A stretch of DNA of 63,976 nucleotides, filler included, from Reclinomonas americana ATCC 50394 (GCA_048213135.1; 12 parts of 9 records of this genome joined end to end with filler, not necessarily neighbours in it); one strand, 5' to 3'; positions 50,109 to 62,909 are shown, numbered from the whole stretch's first letter. Numbers and translations are program-made. Notes: generated from the letters alone by a model not told the origin.

Positions 50109-51412
50109 CGCAGGCAAAAAGCGAGAGGCGAAGGGAAACACAACACAACCACCAGCGGAGGCTGACCAGCAGCGGAGGCTGACCAGCAGCAGCAGCCGGA
50201 TGCACTTCCACACTGACACCCAACTTCAGAGCGTGCCCGAGAGCAACACTGTCTGAATTCGAGAGAAACAGAGCTGCAACGAGAAGAACAAAAGAGGGGG
50301 AGAGCTGCGGAGGGAGGAAACGCGAGAATGAGGCCGAGATAACAGAGAAGGAGAGAGAAGCAGAAAACAAGAGAGAGAGAGAGATGCACCCGTTCGAGTG
50401 CTCAATCAGCCTCCACATGCGATCAGAGACACAGTGAACCGAGGCACTTTGGCACATGCGCTTTACCAACGAATGAACAAAAAGAGAACGTCGCCCGTGA
50501 TGGGCAAACAGGGGGGCCTCACAGGTTCTGTCATGACCAGCTACTGCGACCAATGCTGCAAGTCGGCCACGTCTGCGCACAAGCGCGAGTGAGTACACTC
50601 TCACACACTGTCCGCCTCATCAGTGAGAGCGAACGAAACAATTGGCGGCCTGAATGCGCTCGTGCACGGAAACCGCGGGATCGTTGGCCACAGCGGCCAG
50701 GTACTCCGCAGTGCCAGCGGAGCTCGGGGTGACGTAGAAGCTACAAATGTACATGTGTGAGTGAGAGAGTGAGGGAGAGAGAGAGAGGAGAATCAGTGCG
50801 CACACCTCACGCCAATGATCTGTGCGGTGAAAGAGTGAGCACAGAGAAGGTGCGTGTGTGTGTATGTGTGTGTCACGCACCTTGGGGTCAACGAGGCCGA
50901 GATCTGCCATTCTATTTGCGAGAAATGCGTGCGAGAAATGTTGCGCAAAAACGGCACAGGACGCGAATGGCGAGTCGGTAATATACCACGAATTCAGCGA
51001 CGGTGGTTTGGGTATCTGTGCAGCCCGGAAGAAACCTGTGCACGTATGACATCGCGCTCAACAACAACATGTACAACGTATTTCCTCGACGTTCGCCGAA
51101 TCGAACAAACAAGAAATTGAAACAGCGTGTTGGCAAGCCACTGCAGACTCCAGCTGCTGTCAAAACAAGAGAACTCGTGCGAGGAGGGAGTTCCTGCCGC
51201 AGCCGGGCGAAGAGCAGGTCCAGGTGTCGAAAGACAGGCGACGTCGCGATCGACGAAGGTGCCAATAATGTCGAGCTCAAATCCTCGGAGGCAAGACGAC
51301 AAGGCCGCGACCCTTACAACCTTGTTCTTCCTCACCAGCACCGCTCCGACCGTGCACACTTTGGCGCACCTGTGTCCGGGTTGTCCGTCACACTCCGTCA
51401 CACACGCGCGCA

Positions 51413-51724
51413 ATGGAAGATCCAATGGAAGCCATGCTTGCAAGAGAACGAGCAGCGCTGCGCGCCGAGTCCGAGTTCTTATCAGAGAGCATCCGCAGGA
51501 TGCGCGAGCACGCGGACGAGCTGCGCGCAGATCTCGGTCTGGAGGCCCCCTCCACCCAACACCCCTCTCGCGATTCCGAACTCTCCGAGCAGAGCTGTCT
51601 GGAGGACATGCGTGCAGCGCTGTGTAGTCAGCAAGAGCAGCTGGAGCAGCTGCAGACGGAGGTGATGCAGATGCGTGAGGCAGTGGTGATGCGTGAGGTT
51701 GAGGCCTCGCGTGCTGCCCAGTGA
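51413..51724 (+). CDS. Small coiled-coil protein A (array member 1)
   Basis: Intronless 103 aa; motif MREHADELRADLG; AATAAA about 13 nt after the stop. Confidence 0.65.
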   Translation: MEDPMEAMLARERAALRAESEFLSESIRRMREHADELRADLGLEAPSTQHPSRDSELSEQSCLEDMRAALCSQQEQLEQLQTEVMQMREAVVMREVEASRAAQ

Positions 51725-51854
51725 TGAGTTCGATATTAATAAACGTCGTGACAGTGAAGGAGTCGTCCTTGCTCTACCACTGTGCCCTGATGTGGCGACG
51801 ACGACAGCGCCTTTCGTTGGCGTCCTCCGTGTCTCTTGTCGTCATCTTATTGTC

Positions 51855-52136
51855 ATGAACGAGAACGCGCAAATCGATCGTCGCCGTGAGGAATTGAGGC
51901 GCATGGCGGAGCACCTGGAGCTGGAGGTGCAGATGCTGAGCGAGCACGCCAACCGCATCCGCCAACAGCTTGGCCGGCCGGCGGTGCAGTACGCGTCACA
52001 GGCTCCACTCTCCAATCAGGACATGCTCGCAACGATGCAGGCCAGCGAAGAGCGGCTCTAGCAGCTGCGAATGGAGGTGATGGAGATGCAAGAGGAGGTG
52101 TGCGCGCAAGAGGCAGCTGCACGTGCGCGATCGTAA
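51855..52136 (+). CDS. Small coiled-coil protein B (array member 2) with in-frame TAG at 52059-52061
   Basis: MNENAQ…LSEHANRIRQQLG…QY…EERL*QLRMEVMEMQEEV; the post-TAG part aligns with EQLQTEVMQMREAV of ORF A. Confidence 0.55.
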
Positions 52137-52197
52137 ATAGCCCTCACGGGAAGGGAGTTGCATGCTGTCCGCTGTCCTCTTTCTCTTGAATGCCACG

Positions 52198-52458
52198 ATG
52201 AACGACAACGCAGGGGCGGATCAGCAACACGCCGCGGTGCTCCAGTTGGTGGTGGAACAGGAGAGATGCCTGCACATCATGGGCGAGCACGCCAACGCCA
52301 TTCGCGAACAGCTCCACCAGCCTCCACGCCAGTACCCATTGCGAGACCCGCCCTCCGCGCAGAGCTCCATGGCCGAGTTGCACGCAAGGGCACACGCAAA
52401 CAGAGCACTGAGTGAGGAGCTGACACGAGAGATTGAGCAGCTGAGAGAGGCAGAGTGA
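52198..52458 (+). CDS. Small coiled-coil protein C (array member 3)
   Basis: MNDNAG…MGEHANAIREQLH…QYP…EEL..EIEQLRE. Confidence 0.65.
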   Translation: MNDNAGADQQHAAVLQLVVEQERCLHIMGEHANAIREQLHQPPRQYPLRDPPSAQSSMAELHARAHANRALSEELTREIEQLREAE

Positions 52459-52485
52459 AGCGCGTGTCCTGCCATCATCCGCTTC

Positions 52486-52755
52486 ATGAACACTGCTGAA
52501 GACGAGGAGGCCCGCGTGCAATGCGATCGTGCGCTGGTGGAGCTGCAAGAGGACGGACTGCGCCTGATGGGCGAGAGCGCCAATCACATGCGTGCGCTGC
52601 TCGGAGTGCCGCAGGTGCAGTACCCGGTGCGCGTTCCGCTGTCGGATCGACCGACGGTGGAGGAGCTGTGCGAGGCGAGGCAGGCGGTGGATGCGCGAAG
52701 TGCGCGGGTGAGAGAGGAGATCAGGCAGCTCGCGGAGGAGGTTGAGCGTTTGTGA
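52486..52755 (+). CDS. Small coiled-coil protein D (array member 4)
   Basis: MNTAED…MGESANHMRALLG…QYP…PLS…REEIRQLAEEVERL. Confidence 0.65.
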   Translation: MNTAEDEEARVQCDRALVELQEDGLRLMGESANHMRALLGVPQVQYPVRVPLSDRPTVEELCEARQAVDARSARVREEIRQLAEEVERL

Positions 52756-53054
52756 ATGCAATCAGGGAATAGAAGGAAGGATAGGGAGCGGAATTTATTA
52801 TGTGGTTAGTGGGCAAAGGAGTGCGTGGGAGAGAGGGAGGGAGAAGGAGGGTGGGAGGGAGGGAGGGAGAGAGAGGGAGAGAGAGAAAGAGCGGGAAGGA
52901 GACAAGGATGTGTGCGCTTCACTGTTTGACGCGGAAGTGTGCATACGAGGTTGGTGGCGAGTGCGTGCAGGGGGAGCACATGAGGAGGCACATGGAGAGT
53001 GAGTGGGAGAAGAGAGAGTGAGAGATAACCTGTAACGTTGTCCGCTTTCATGAT

Positions 53055-53086
<32 letters not shown>

Positions 53087-53353
53087 GAGGAGAGTAGCGA
53101 CAGAGGAGGAGAAGTAGTCGACAAGAGGAGGAGGTAGACGAAGGAAAGGGAAGGGAAAGGAAAGGAACGAAGAAAGGAAGGAAGGAGGTAGGTAGGTAGG
53201 CGAGAAAGGANNNNNNNNNNNNNNNNNNNNNNNNNNNNNNNNNNNNNNNNNNNNTTAATTAATTAANNNNNNNNNNNNNNNNNNNNNNNNNNNNNNNNNN
53301 NNNNNNNNNNGGGGGGGAGGGAGGAGTGGAGGGAGAGGGAGTGATGTGCTCAC

Positions 53354-53476
53354 CAGCGACGGGTGACGCGGGTGGTCGTGCACTCCACCAGTGCCTTTTT
53401 GAGTTGAGTTTCCGTTGACTTGAGTGGGCGCGAAATTCGAACATGCTGGTTGCGGAGATGTGCGGCGGACAGTTGT
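53354..53476 (-). CDS. Probable internal exon of an unknown gene divergent from FNTB
   Basis: Pyrimidine tract + CAG acceptor, open frame QLSAAHLRNQHVRISRPLKSTETQLKKALVECTTTRVTRR and a GTGAGC donor. Confidence 0.3.
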
Positions 53477-53900
53477 CTGGGATGAGTTCAGAGAGGGCGG
53501 AGGGAAGAGGGAAAAGGGAGAGGAAAGGGAGAAGGAAGCAAATGCAAGCGCTGTGCATGCACGCTGCGCACAGCGCTAGCGATGCCGGCGCCGGGTTGTT
53601 CGACATCGAGATCGCGCGCAAAGCAGTTGTGCATGCATGCAAACGCGTCTCCGCACACGTGATGCTCTCACTGCAGCAGGCACTCATGGAAAGAGCCAGA
53701 TGATCATGATCGCAAGGCGGTGAGTAAGGCAGAATTCGAAGTCGGATGCATGCGCTAATTATAAATGGAGCAGCTGCTCTGGATCCGAAGAGGTGTGCAT
53801 GCGTTGCACAGTTCGCTGCGATCGCGAAGTGTTCTCCTTCGCAACACAAAAAAACGTGAACCAATCACGAAACCAAGCAGAGGACAGCTTCTTCGATTAG

Positions 53901-54108
53901 ATGTCCCACACCAACCAGTTGCAGTGCTGTTGCATGCAAGCGCAGATGGACACGGTCACCACTCGCGACCAGAGCGCCACTGAGATCGCAGTCGGTCGCT
54001 TCTACTCGGTGTGGAGTCGAGTGAGTCAGGTGGACCCAGAGTTGCGCACATGACAGAGAGCGAGGAAAGGAGAGAAAGAGGCAGAATCACGCTGTTGCTG
54101 AAGGAGAC

Positions 54109-54164
<56 letters not shown>

Positions 54165-54259
54165 TGTGCGGTGTGTGTGAGAGAGTAACAATCAGAGAGA
54201 GAAAAGAGAGAGTGAGGATTGAATGGGAGTGAGGCAGACAACTTCACACACACACCCAC

Positions 54260-54297
<38 letters not shown>

Positions 54298-54526
54298 TAA
54301 GTGGGTGTGAAAGAGAGAGAGAGGAGAGAGCGGGAAAGTGAGACTGAGGCAGACAACTACACACACACACTCACACACAATCACACACTAAGAGAGAGAG
54401 AGAGAGAGAGAGAAAGAGTGTGTGTGTGTGAGAGAGAGAGACAGATAGACAGAGGAGGGTGTGTCTCTGGAAGTGTGGAGTGTGACATTGAGTTCTGCAA
54501 GTACTCAGAGAAAGACATCATGTGTG

Positions 54527-54596
<70 letters not shown>

Positions 54597-56729
54597 AGCA
54601 CTCCAACCACTGATGAAGATCTGTTGTCTCTCTGTCTCTCTCCCTCTCTCCCTCACTCCCTTCGCCAGACTTCGCCTCTCCCGCGAGAGACACCTAGACT
54701 ACGTGACCAACGGCCTGGAGGGACCTCTGTCGGCGGGGTTTGGTTCGTTGGACGTGAGCAAGCCGTGGTTGGTGTATTGGTGTGCGCATGCGGCGGCGCT
54801 GTTGGGCGAGCGGCCGGCGAGGGTGTTGAGGGATCGGGCGAGGAGGACGCTCAAGTGTTATGAGTCGGAGGGGGAGGGAGGTGCGGAGGGGGTGGGGGAG
54901 GAAGGGAGAGATTAGGGGGAAAGGGAGGAAAAGGGATGGTGGAGAGATGGAGAGAGCTTGAATGATATGGCGAGGGAGAAGGAGACACACACGCTGCACC
55001 CAGAGAGACAAAGAGAGAGAGAGAGACTGAGAGAGACAGAGAGACAGAGAGAGAGAGAGAGAGAGACAAAGAGAGAGAGAGAGAGAGACAAGAGAGAGAG
55101 AGAGAGAGAGGAGGACGAGAGACACGACGACGGNNNNNNNNNNNNNNNNNNNNNNNNNNNNNNNNNNNNNNNNNNNNTTAATTAATTAANNNNNNNNNNN
55201 NNNNNNNNNNNNNNNNNNNNNNNNNNNNNNNNNTCTCTCTCTGTCTCTCTCTGTCTCTCTCTCTCTGTCTCTCTCTTTCTCTCTGTCTCAGTCCCTCTAT
55301 CTCTCTCTGTCTCTCTCTCTCTCTCTGTCTCTCTGTCTCTCTCTCTCTCTCATACACACCCCTTCTTCTCACCCTTTCCCCTTTTCCCTTCCCCTTCCCC
55401 CTGCAGCTGCCAAACCTACGAAGGCGGCTTCGCTGCCATCCCCGGCAGCGAGGCACACGGCGGCTACGCCTTTTGCGCCCTCGCCGCCATGGTCATCCTC
55501 AACTGCCAGCACCAGGTCGACATGGATGCCCTGGCTTTCTGGGCCACGCACCGCCAAATGGCTTTTGAGGGCGGTTTCCAGGGCCGCACGAACAAGCTGG
55601 TCGACTCGTGCTACTCGCACTGGGTGGTCTGTGCGCAGAGCGTAATTACAGGTCGTGTAGCCTCTCATCTCTGTGCGACGCAGGGTGGCCTGTTTCCGCT
55701 CATGGCTCACATCAGACCAGACTTGGTGCCGGATGATTCGTCGCTGGGTGATTTGCTGTGTGATCAGTTTGCCCTGCAGGTGAGAGGGGGGAGGGAAGGG
55801 GAGAGGGAGGGAGAAATGGGGGAAAGGGAGGAGCACAGGAAACATGCGTGGGAGTAGGGAATGGTGAAAGAGATCGGGCAGGCAGAATTGAAAGAAAAGT
55901 GCGAGAGATGTTCGTAGAGAGGGGCAGGCAAGGGGAGGTAACGGTGAGAAGAAAGAAGGTAAGTTACAGAGAGAAGAGAGAGCACAGTCAATGGTATTCG
56001 GTAACGGTGAGAAGAAAGAAGGTAAGTTTCAGAAAGAAAGAACGAGCACAGCCAAAGGCGTAAGCAAAAGAAACTGAGGGGGGGGGTGGTGAGAAGGAAG
56101 TGCAACAGTGTGTTCATGCGTGACCGACTCAAGTTGCTGTGGTATCTTGTCTCTCGCAATCATGCACTCTCTGGCGCCCTTTGAATTCTGTCTTGGTCTT
56201 GTGGCTCTTGCTTGTATGGATCTGCATTGTATCTCTGCAGCAGCGATCTTTTGTATTGAGTCGCCCTTTGCAGTCGTTGATTCTTGCTGTTCTCCCTCCC
56301 TCCCTCTCTCTCTTTCTCCCTCCCTTTCTCCCACGCCCTCCACAGAAATACGTGCTCGTCTGCTGTCAGCAAGACACCGGCGGCCTGAAAGACAAGCCCG
56401 GCAAGTTTCGTCTCCGTGCCCGTTCCCTTGCATGCCAAAACCACTTACTCACTTGCTACAAATCAATCAGACGACCCGACTTTTACCACACATGCTACTC
56501 GCTGAGTGGCGTCTCCGAGTGCCAGCACGGCGCCTCGGGAAGCACACAGTGTGTGTTTGGCGCACAATCCAACTTGCTGGTACCGTTGTGTCCCGCACCC
56601 TTGCGGTGTTGAGCACGTCACTCACTGGTCGCCGTGCCACAGCAACCGACTCACTCGGTCTTCAACGTGACCACCGACAGCTACGTCGTGTGGATGAGCG
56701 CACACGATCGATCGACACCGTGGTTGTGA
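53901..56729 (+). CDS. FNTB: Protein farnesyltransferase beta subunit; central exons lost in gap, start codon uncertain
   Basis: TVTTRDQSATE; LSRERHLDYV…LDVSKPWLVYW; CQTYEGGF…EAHGGYAFC; RQMAFEGGFQGRTNKLVDSCYSHW; GGLKDKPGKRPDFYHTCYSLSG; QPTHSVFNV. Confidence 0.92.
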
Positions 56730-56773
56730 GACCCCACACCGTAAAAACCGGGAGTAAAATAGATTGCGCGTGT

Positions 56774-57537
56774 CTACGGCACTGCCGATTTGCCCTCCAA
56801 CAGGTGCACCCACATGCGGTCCTGCGTGCACGCCACCAGCAGGCCACGGTCGCCAACCCAGTCCAATCCACCGAGTTGCGAGTCCATCGACGTCCGCACA
56901 TACGGTAACGACGACAACCAGCACGTGTGTATCTCGTCGCCCGTGGTGAGATCGTATGTGCGCAGGCAGTGCGCGGCCGTGTCGTAGACTGCGAGGCGGT
57001 CTTGACGGCGACCTAGGAGTGGGGGAAGGGAGATGTGAGAGTAAGGAAAGGGGGCAGAGAGAGTGGAGAAAGGGGGCAGAGATCTGGGCTCTCTCTCGCC
57101 GTGAGAACGAAGACTGATTCTCCATTGTCTAACCAAACGAGGAAAGGACTTGACTGTTGGCTGCCGTATTCTTTCTGTGTTTCTTCGTCACCGAGTCAAG
57201 CTATATTACCGAGGACGAGTCTGCACGCTCTNNNNNNNNNNNNNNNNNNNNNNNNNNNNNNNNNNNNNNNNNNNNNNNNNNNNNNNNNNNNNNNNNNNNN
57301 NNNNNNNNNNNNNNNNNNNNNNNNNNNNNNNNNNNNNNNNNNNNNNNNNNNNNNNNNNNNNNNNNNNNNNNNNNNNNNNNNNNNNNNNNNNNNNNNNNNN
57401 NNNNNNNNNNNNNNNNNNNNNNNNNNNNNNNNNNNNNNNNNNNNNNNNNNNNNNNNNNNNNNNNNNNNNNNNNNNNNNNNNNNNNNNNNNNNNNNNNNNN
57501 NNNNNNNNNNNNNNNNNNNNNNNNNNNNNNNNNNNNN

Positions 57538-57577
<40 letters not shown>

Positions 57578-60500
57578 GTCTTGCTTCATTTGCCCTCCGC
57601 CTCTCCCTCTCTGCGCTCACTCTCCCCATCTTCCTCACACAATGCCTCTCTCTCATTCACCACCTCACTCTCACTGCCTTGCTCACCTTTTCCTTATCAC
57701 TCTCTCTCTCTCTCTCTCACTCACAGGCTTGCTGCGCTTGCCCTCCGTCTTCACTTTCTCACTCTCTCACTCACTTGCCCTCTGTCCCTCGCATACAGTT
57801 TCTCTGTCTTAATATCACTCACTCCCTCTCTCATTCTCTCAAAATGCTCCTAACACAACACCTCTCTCTCTCTCACTCACTCTCACTCACTTGCCCTCTC
57901 TTCCGCCAACAAAGTGCCTCTCTCAATATCACTCTCTCTCTCGCTCATTCTCTCAAATATTTCTAACACAACACCTCTCTCTCTCTCTTTCAACAACTCA
58001 CTCTCACTGTCTCGCTCTCGCGAACCGTCTCCTCTTGACTGTTTCTCTTTTTCTCATTTATCGCTCATACCCACACTCCCTATCTCTCACAGTCTTCGTT
58101 TTCTTGCCTCGCAGTCCTCGCTCCCTCCCTCACCTTTTGTTCTTCACGCACACCGTCTTGCTACTTCCCGTCACTCTTTCGCTCACTCCTTCACACTCAA
58201 TCTCTCAGTCTTGCTTCCCTTGAGCGTTCTCATTCTCTCATTCTCTCGCGCTCTCTTCCACACACTAACACACTCTCTTGCTCATTTCTCTCACGCTCTC
58301 ACTCACTGCCTCACTCCCTATCTCTCACAGTCTTGCCCTCAGTCTCTCGCCCTTTCTTCCTCACATGCTCTCTCTCTCTCTCTCTTCCCCAAACCACCGC
58401 TCACCACTTGTCAGCACGCGGAACAACGGCACTGTCGGACTCGACGACTCGATGGGCGGCGTACCACACAACACACGCTGCGTCTCCACATCGTAGGCCA
58501 CAAACCGGAAGCGAGCCAGTCGATCTGCATCGGGGCATGAGTCAAGGCGTGCTACAGAAATACTGCGCAAACGCACTCTCTCGCACTCAAATCTCTTCTC
58601 ACCCACTCGTGTTTTCAGGCATACATACATGCTCCTTGTGTGTCTTCCTCATCCCCTCTTTCAACCTTACGTACACTCACTCACATCCGAATCAGCCCTC
58701 CCACTCACTCCCTCCGCCACTTTCGCGCTCGCTCATCTTCATACAACCATGCCTCACACTCGAATGTAAATGCTGTCGCTGTCACCTCTCTTACATCACC
58801 CTCACCCACTTCTCCCTGAGTCATCTCACTCTTGTTCATCTCAATCAACCCATTTATCACACTCCCCCCGCCCCTCCATCCGTCGCACCTCTTGGCCACT
58901 CGCCAGAGACCACACTCGCACAGTGTTGTCACCACTCGCGCTGACAATGTGCTGACTGTCGGGAGTGACACCAACGAAGCTCACTGTGTGAGAGTGCCCC
59001 TCCAGCCGTCGCACCTCCTTTCCGGTCTCACGTGCTCTCCTGCATGCTCTCCATTGCTTCTCACTCTCTTGCAGAAACTAGTATCTATCGTACTCCCTTC
59101 TCTCGCTCCACCCTTGCACCTCCCCCACTCTGCCCTCCCTGTTCCCCTTCTCCCTCCCTCCCCCCTCTCCCTCCCCCACGCACACTGCGGTGGCGCGGGC
59201 GGCGTGAGCACCACCACCACCCACCGCCCCGGGTACGCGGCATTCGGCGCCGCCACAGCCGCCACACACTGACTCTGCAGCACCACCAACCGGAAGGCAC
59301 CCGAGGCGTGCTCGACAACCACCGGTTGCGCACCAGCCTTGCCCTGTCACACCCACTAATGTTCAGCATGCACCGCCCGCTACTCGCTACAAGTGCATCA
59401 CCAGCGCACCTTGGGTGGCACACGCAGCGTGACGCGATGAAACACCACCGAGCGTGGAGCCTGCGATGCGTACGGGTCGGTGGCCGAGAGCGGCTGCTGC
59501 CCGGCCAACTCACGCACTCGCGCATCGAGTGGGGCCAACAACTGCGCTCCATAATAATAAGAAGGTCGAAACGTTGACAGTGCGCCCTCCGTGCTGCCAG
59601 CGTTCTTACCACGACTCGCTCGTCCTTGTTCTCGCCGCTGGTCACTGGCTGTCGATCCAGGCGCAGATCGGCAATCAGCGCCTCCATGTCGGGCACGGGA
59701 ACTGCCGCACTTCCACGTCGACGCTTGGCAGCACTCGAGTACAGCACCTCGAACTCGCTGGTTTGTGCAAAGTGCCACTGCAGCAAGTTGAGACTACAAA
59801 GCCACACATGAAGGAAGAGGCAAGACAACACAAAAACAACAGCAACAGCAACAGTTGCAGGAGCACACCATCACAAAGGAACCAACACAACAACACAAAT
59901 GCAGATAGCAGCATCACATCGGCAGCATTACCATAAAGGCGAAAACAACACAGGACCACCAACACATAAACAACAACAGCGACAGCAACAGCAGCAACAC
60001 CAACAACACAGCGCCACCACATCCACAAACACCATAATTATCACCATAAAAGCAGCAACATCAACAGCAGCAACAACAACAACCACGCCGACATTGGCGA
60101 CGACAACAGAAGAAGAGCATCAACAGCATCAACAACAACAACGCCAACAAGAACAGCAACACCACCATCACACGACAACAGCAACCGCGACAGAGACACA
60201 CAAAAAAAGCACCCAGAGAAACTGAATCAGTTTCAAGCGCACCAGATGAAACGCATCGATACAACAACATTACCGATGAATACTCAGCGGCGCAAACCAG
60301 CCAAAGCCAGTGAGGCACTCGGGCGAGTATTTCCACACGCACAGCAAGCCGGTGGAATCGAGCGACGTGAAGCCGGAAACGTCGACCGTGCGCGACATGC
60401 ACACCACCGGCGCACTGCACCGTGAGCAGAAGGCGTCAGTGGCAGGAATCACCAGCGACTTCACGAGGAATACAATCACCGATGTTGCACAAATGTCTCC

Positions 60501-60800
60501 GTTTGCAGAGTGCCCTGCACGACATTGCCTTGTCTGTGCCAAACGTGAGGATACTGCCAGTGAGAGGGACGGCAAACCCACACTCACCTATCGCGCCGCA
60601 CGTACGGGTTCCACACCAGGCGTGAGGCCAGATCAATGTTGAACTTGAGGATTTTGCCCGACGACATGGCCAGCAGAATCGTAGGCTGCGCGTGCAATGA
60701 AGATGAGAAAGCTCGTGGGGCGAGGATATCGACTAGGAGGCTCACCTGCGATAGCATCACCGTGAAGGACGGGAACCACATCATCGAGACCACGTTCTGC
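56774..60800 (-). CDS. WD40/beta-propeller-like hypothetical protein, multi-exon, 5' end unresolved
   Basis: Exons ILLAMSSGKILKFNI, SGFTSLDSTGLLCVWKY, FRFVAYDVETQR and last exon LAVYDTAAHCLRTYDLTTGDEIH…LDWVGDRGLLVACTQDRMWVHLL. Confidence 0.5.
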
Positions 60801-61260
60801 GGATGAGCAAAGATGACGTGAGAACATACAGCGACCAAAACCACACAGTCTGCTTTACTGTCACTGAATGCACAAACTATGTGTGACTTTCTCAATTCGG
60901 CGCAACTTCCTCCTCGCCACTTACGATAGACAACAGGAAGTTACGCGTGCTCTCTCTCTTCTCCCAAACGCTGACTGCTACTCCTGCACTGTTTGACTCG
61001 ATGCCGAATCACCGTCTCCTCACACCCGATTGCCGTCGCTGCTTACCACCAGACAAACAATGCGTTCTCTCCCTTGATCACTTCTCTATCTCTGCCTCTC
61101 TCTCTCTTGTGTTGCCGTTCTCGTCATGACAGTGACGCGCGAGCAAGTCTGAGAAAGCAAGGTGAAGCACATTATCGCGCCTGTCTTCCTCGTTTGTGTT
61201 GATCTCGCTTCACCCTCTCCTCACACGACTGCCTCCGCTGCTTACTGCCTGGTCAATGTG

Positions 61261-61391
<131 letters not shown>

Positions 61392-61511
61392 CTCACTACA
61401 CNNNNNNNNNNNNNNNNNNNNNNNNNNNNNNNNNNNNNNNNNNNNTTAATTAATTAANNNNNNNNNNNNNNNNNNNNNNNNNNNNNNNNNNNNNNNNNNN
61501 NTAGTACGTAC

Positions 61512-61581
<70 letters not shown>

Positions 61582-62909
61582 AACACAAAACACAAATACA
61601 CAAAGTCAGTCAGTCACTCACTCTCACACACACACACACTATCTCCTCGCACACACACACACACACCTGCCCAACATGATTCTACACAACAGACACACAC
61701 ACAAGAGCAAGCAGTGAGCAAAAGCGCAACAAAAGAGGCGGCCATCACACACACACACGCACGCACGCAACGACCAAGCCCAGACACTTTGTCTCTCGCA
61801 TGTGCACCGAGTCCTGCCGCACAAGTCGCCCTGTCGACATGGGTGGCGCCACAGCAGAGGCACCAGTGCCCGCTGTGGGATCCATAAGAATGTTGCTGTG
61901 ATCATGAGTCACAGTCACTTGAAATTACACAAACACACACAGTCCAGAGGATTAGGCACATCGGCGTCACTTTGGCGTGCTCTGGTGTGTGTGTGTGTGT
62001 GGGAGAGAGAGCATACTCACTCACTCACTCACTCACTCACTCTCCCTCCCTCCCTTCTTCTCTTTCTCACTCACTCACTCACTTTCACACACACACACAC
62101 ACACTCACTCCCTTCTCTCCCACTCCCGCTGTTCAACCACGTGAAGATCGCAGTTCTCGACTTGCACACACACACACACACACACACCCCTGCCGCTGCC
62201 CTCATGACTGGTGCTTGTGTTGATGTTTTTTTGATATATATATATGGTGTTGGACTTGGTCATCAAAACCGCTGTTGCTTGCTTGTTTTGTTGGTGAACG
62301 AAATTGTTGTTGTTGTTGGCGCACAGACTACCCGCAGCGCTGCGGGCGTCGTTGAAGAAGATGGGCATTGAGAGCGGCCCGCTGCGCCGGGGCAGACTAT
62401 GCGATGTGCTGGTGGCAAGCCGGCTCAAAACCAGAACCAAGCAATCTCCCACCCGCAGCAGCTGCGCCGCAGCCTCAGGGCAATGAGAACCATCGCGTCG
62501 CTAAAGAAAGCACACGAGAGTTGTTGGCGATCACTGGTAGATGCTCATTGTTGTGTGCGCAAACAAAACACTTCATTCACCACATTCCAGTAATGCGATA
62601 AACGCCCACAAATCCCTTGCCGACATTGACCTTGGCACACCAACAATATACAAACACATATACTTCTCCAACAGTCATCTTCCCTTTCAGGAGGCAAAGC
62701 CAATCAAACGCGTGTTGGCCTCGAGAGGATTTCGTGGCGCAAATAGGGTCANNNNNNNNNNNNNNNNNNNNNNNNNNNNNNNNNNNNNNNNNNNNTTAAT
62801 TAATTAANNNNNNNNNNNNNNNNNNNNNNNNNNNNNNNNNNNNNNNNNNNNAGAGAAGCAGCGCTTGGTGCGTTTTGAATGCTGATTTGTATTGTGTGCA
62901 AATGTGCAG

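Noticed and set aside
50620..50910. Possible spliced 5' exons (MADLGLVDPK…) leading into the RLE domain
   Set aside because: I could not find phase-compatible splices giving a continuous frame; unresolved without cDNA.
53901..56729. Functional linkage between FNTB and the CaaX-ending ZFAND1
   Set aside because: They are 25 kb apart with unrelated genes and gaps in between; likely coincidence.
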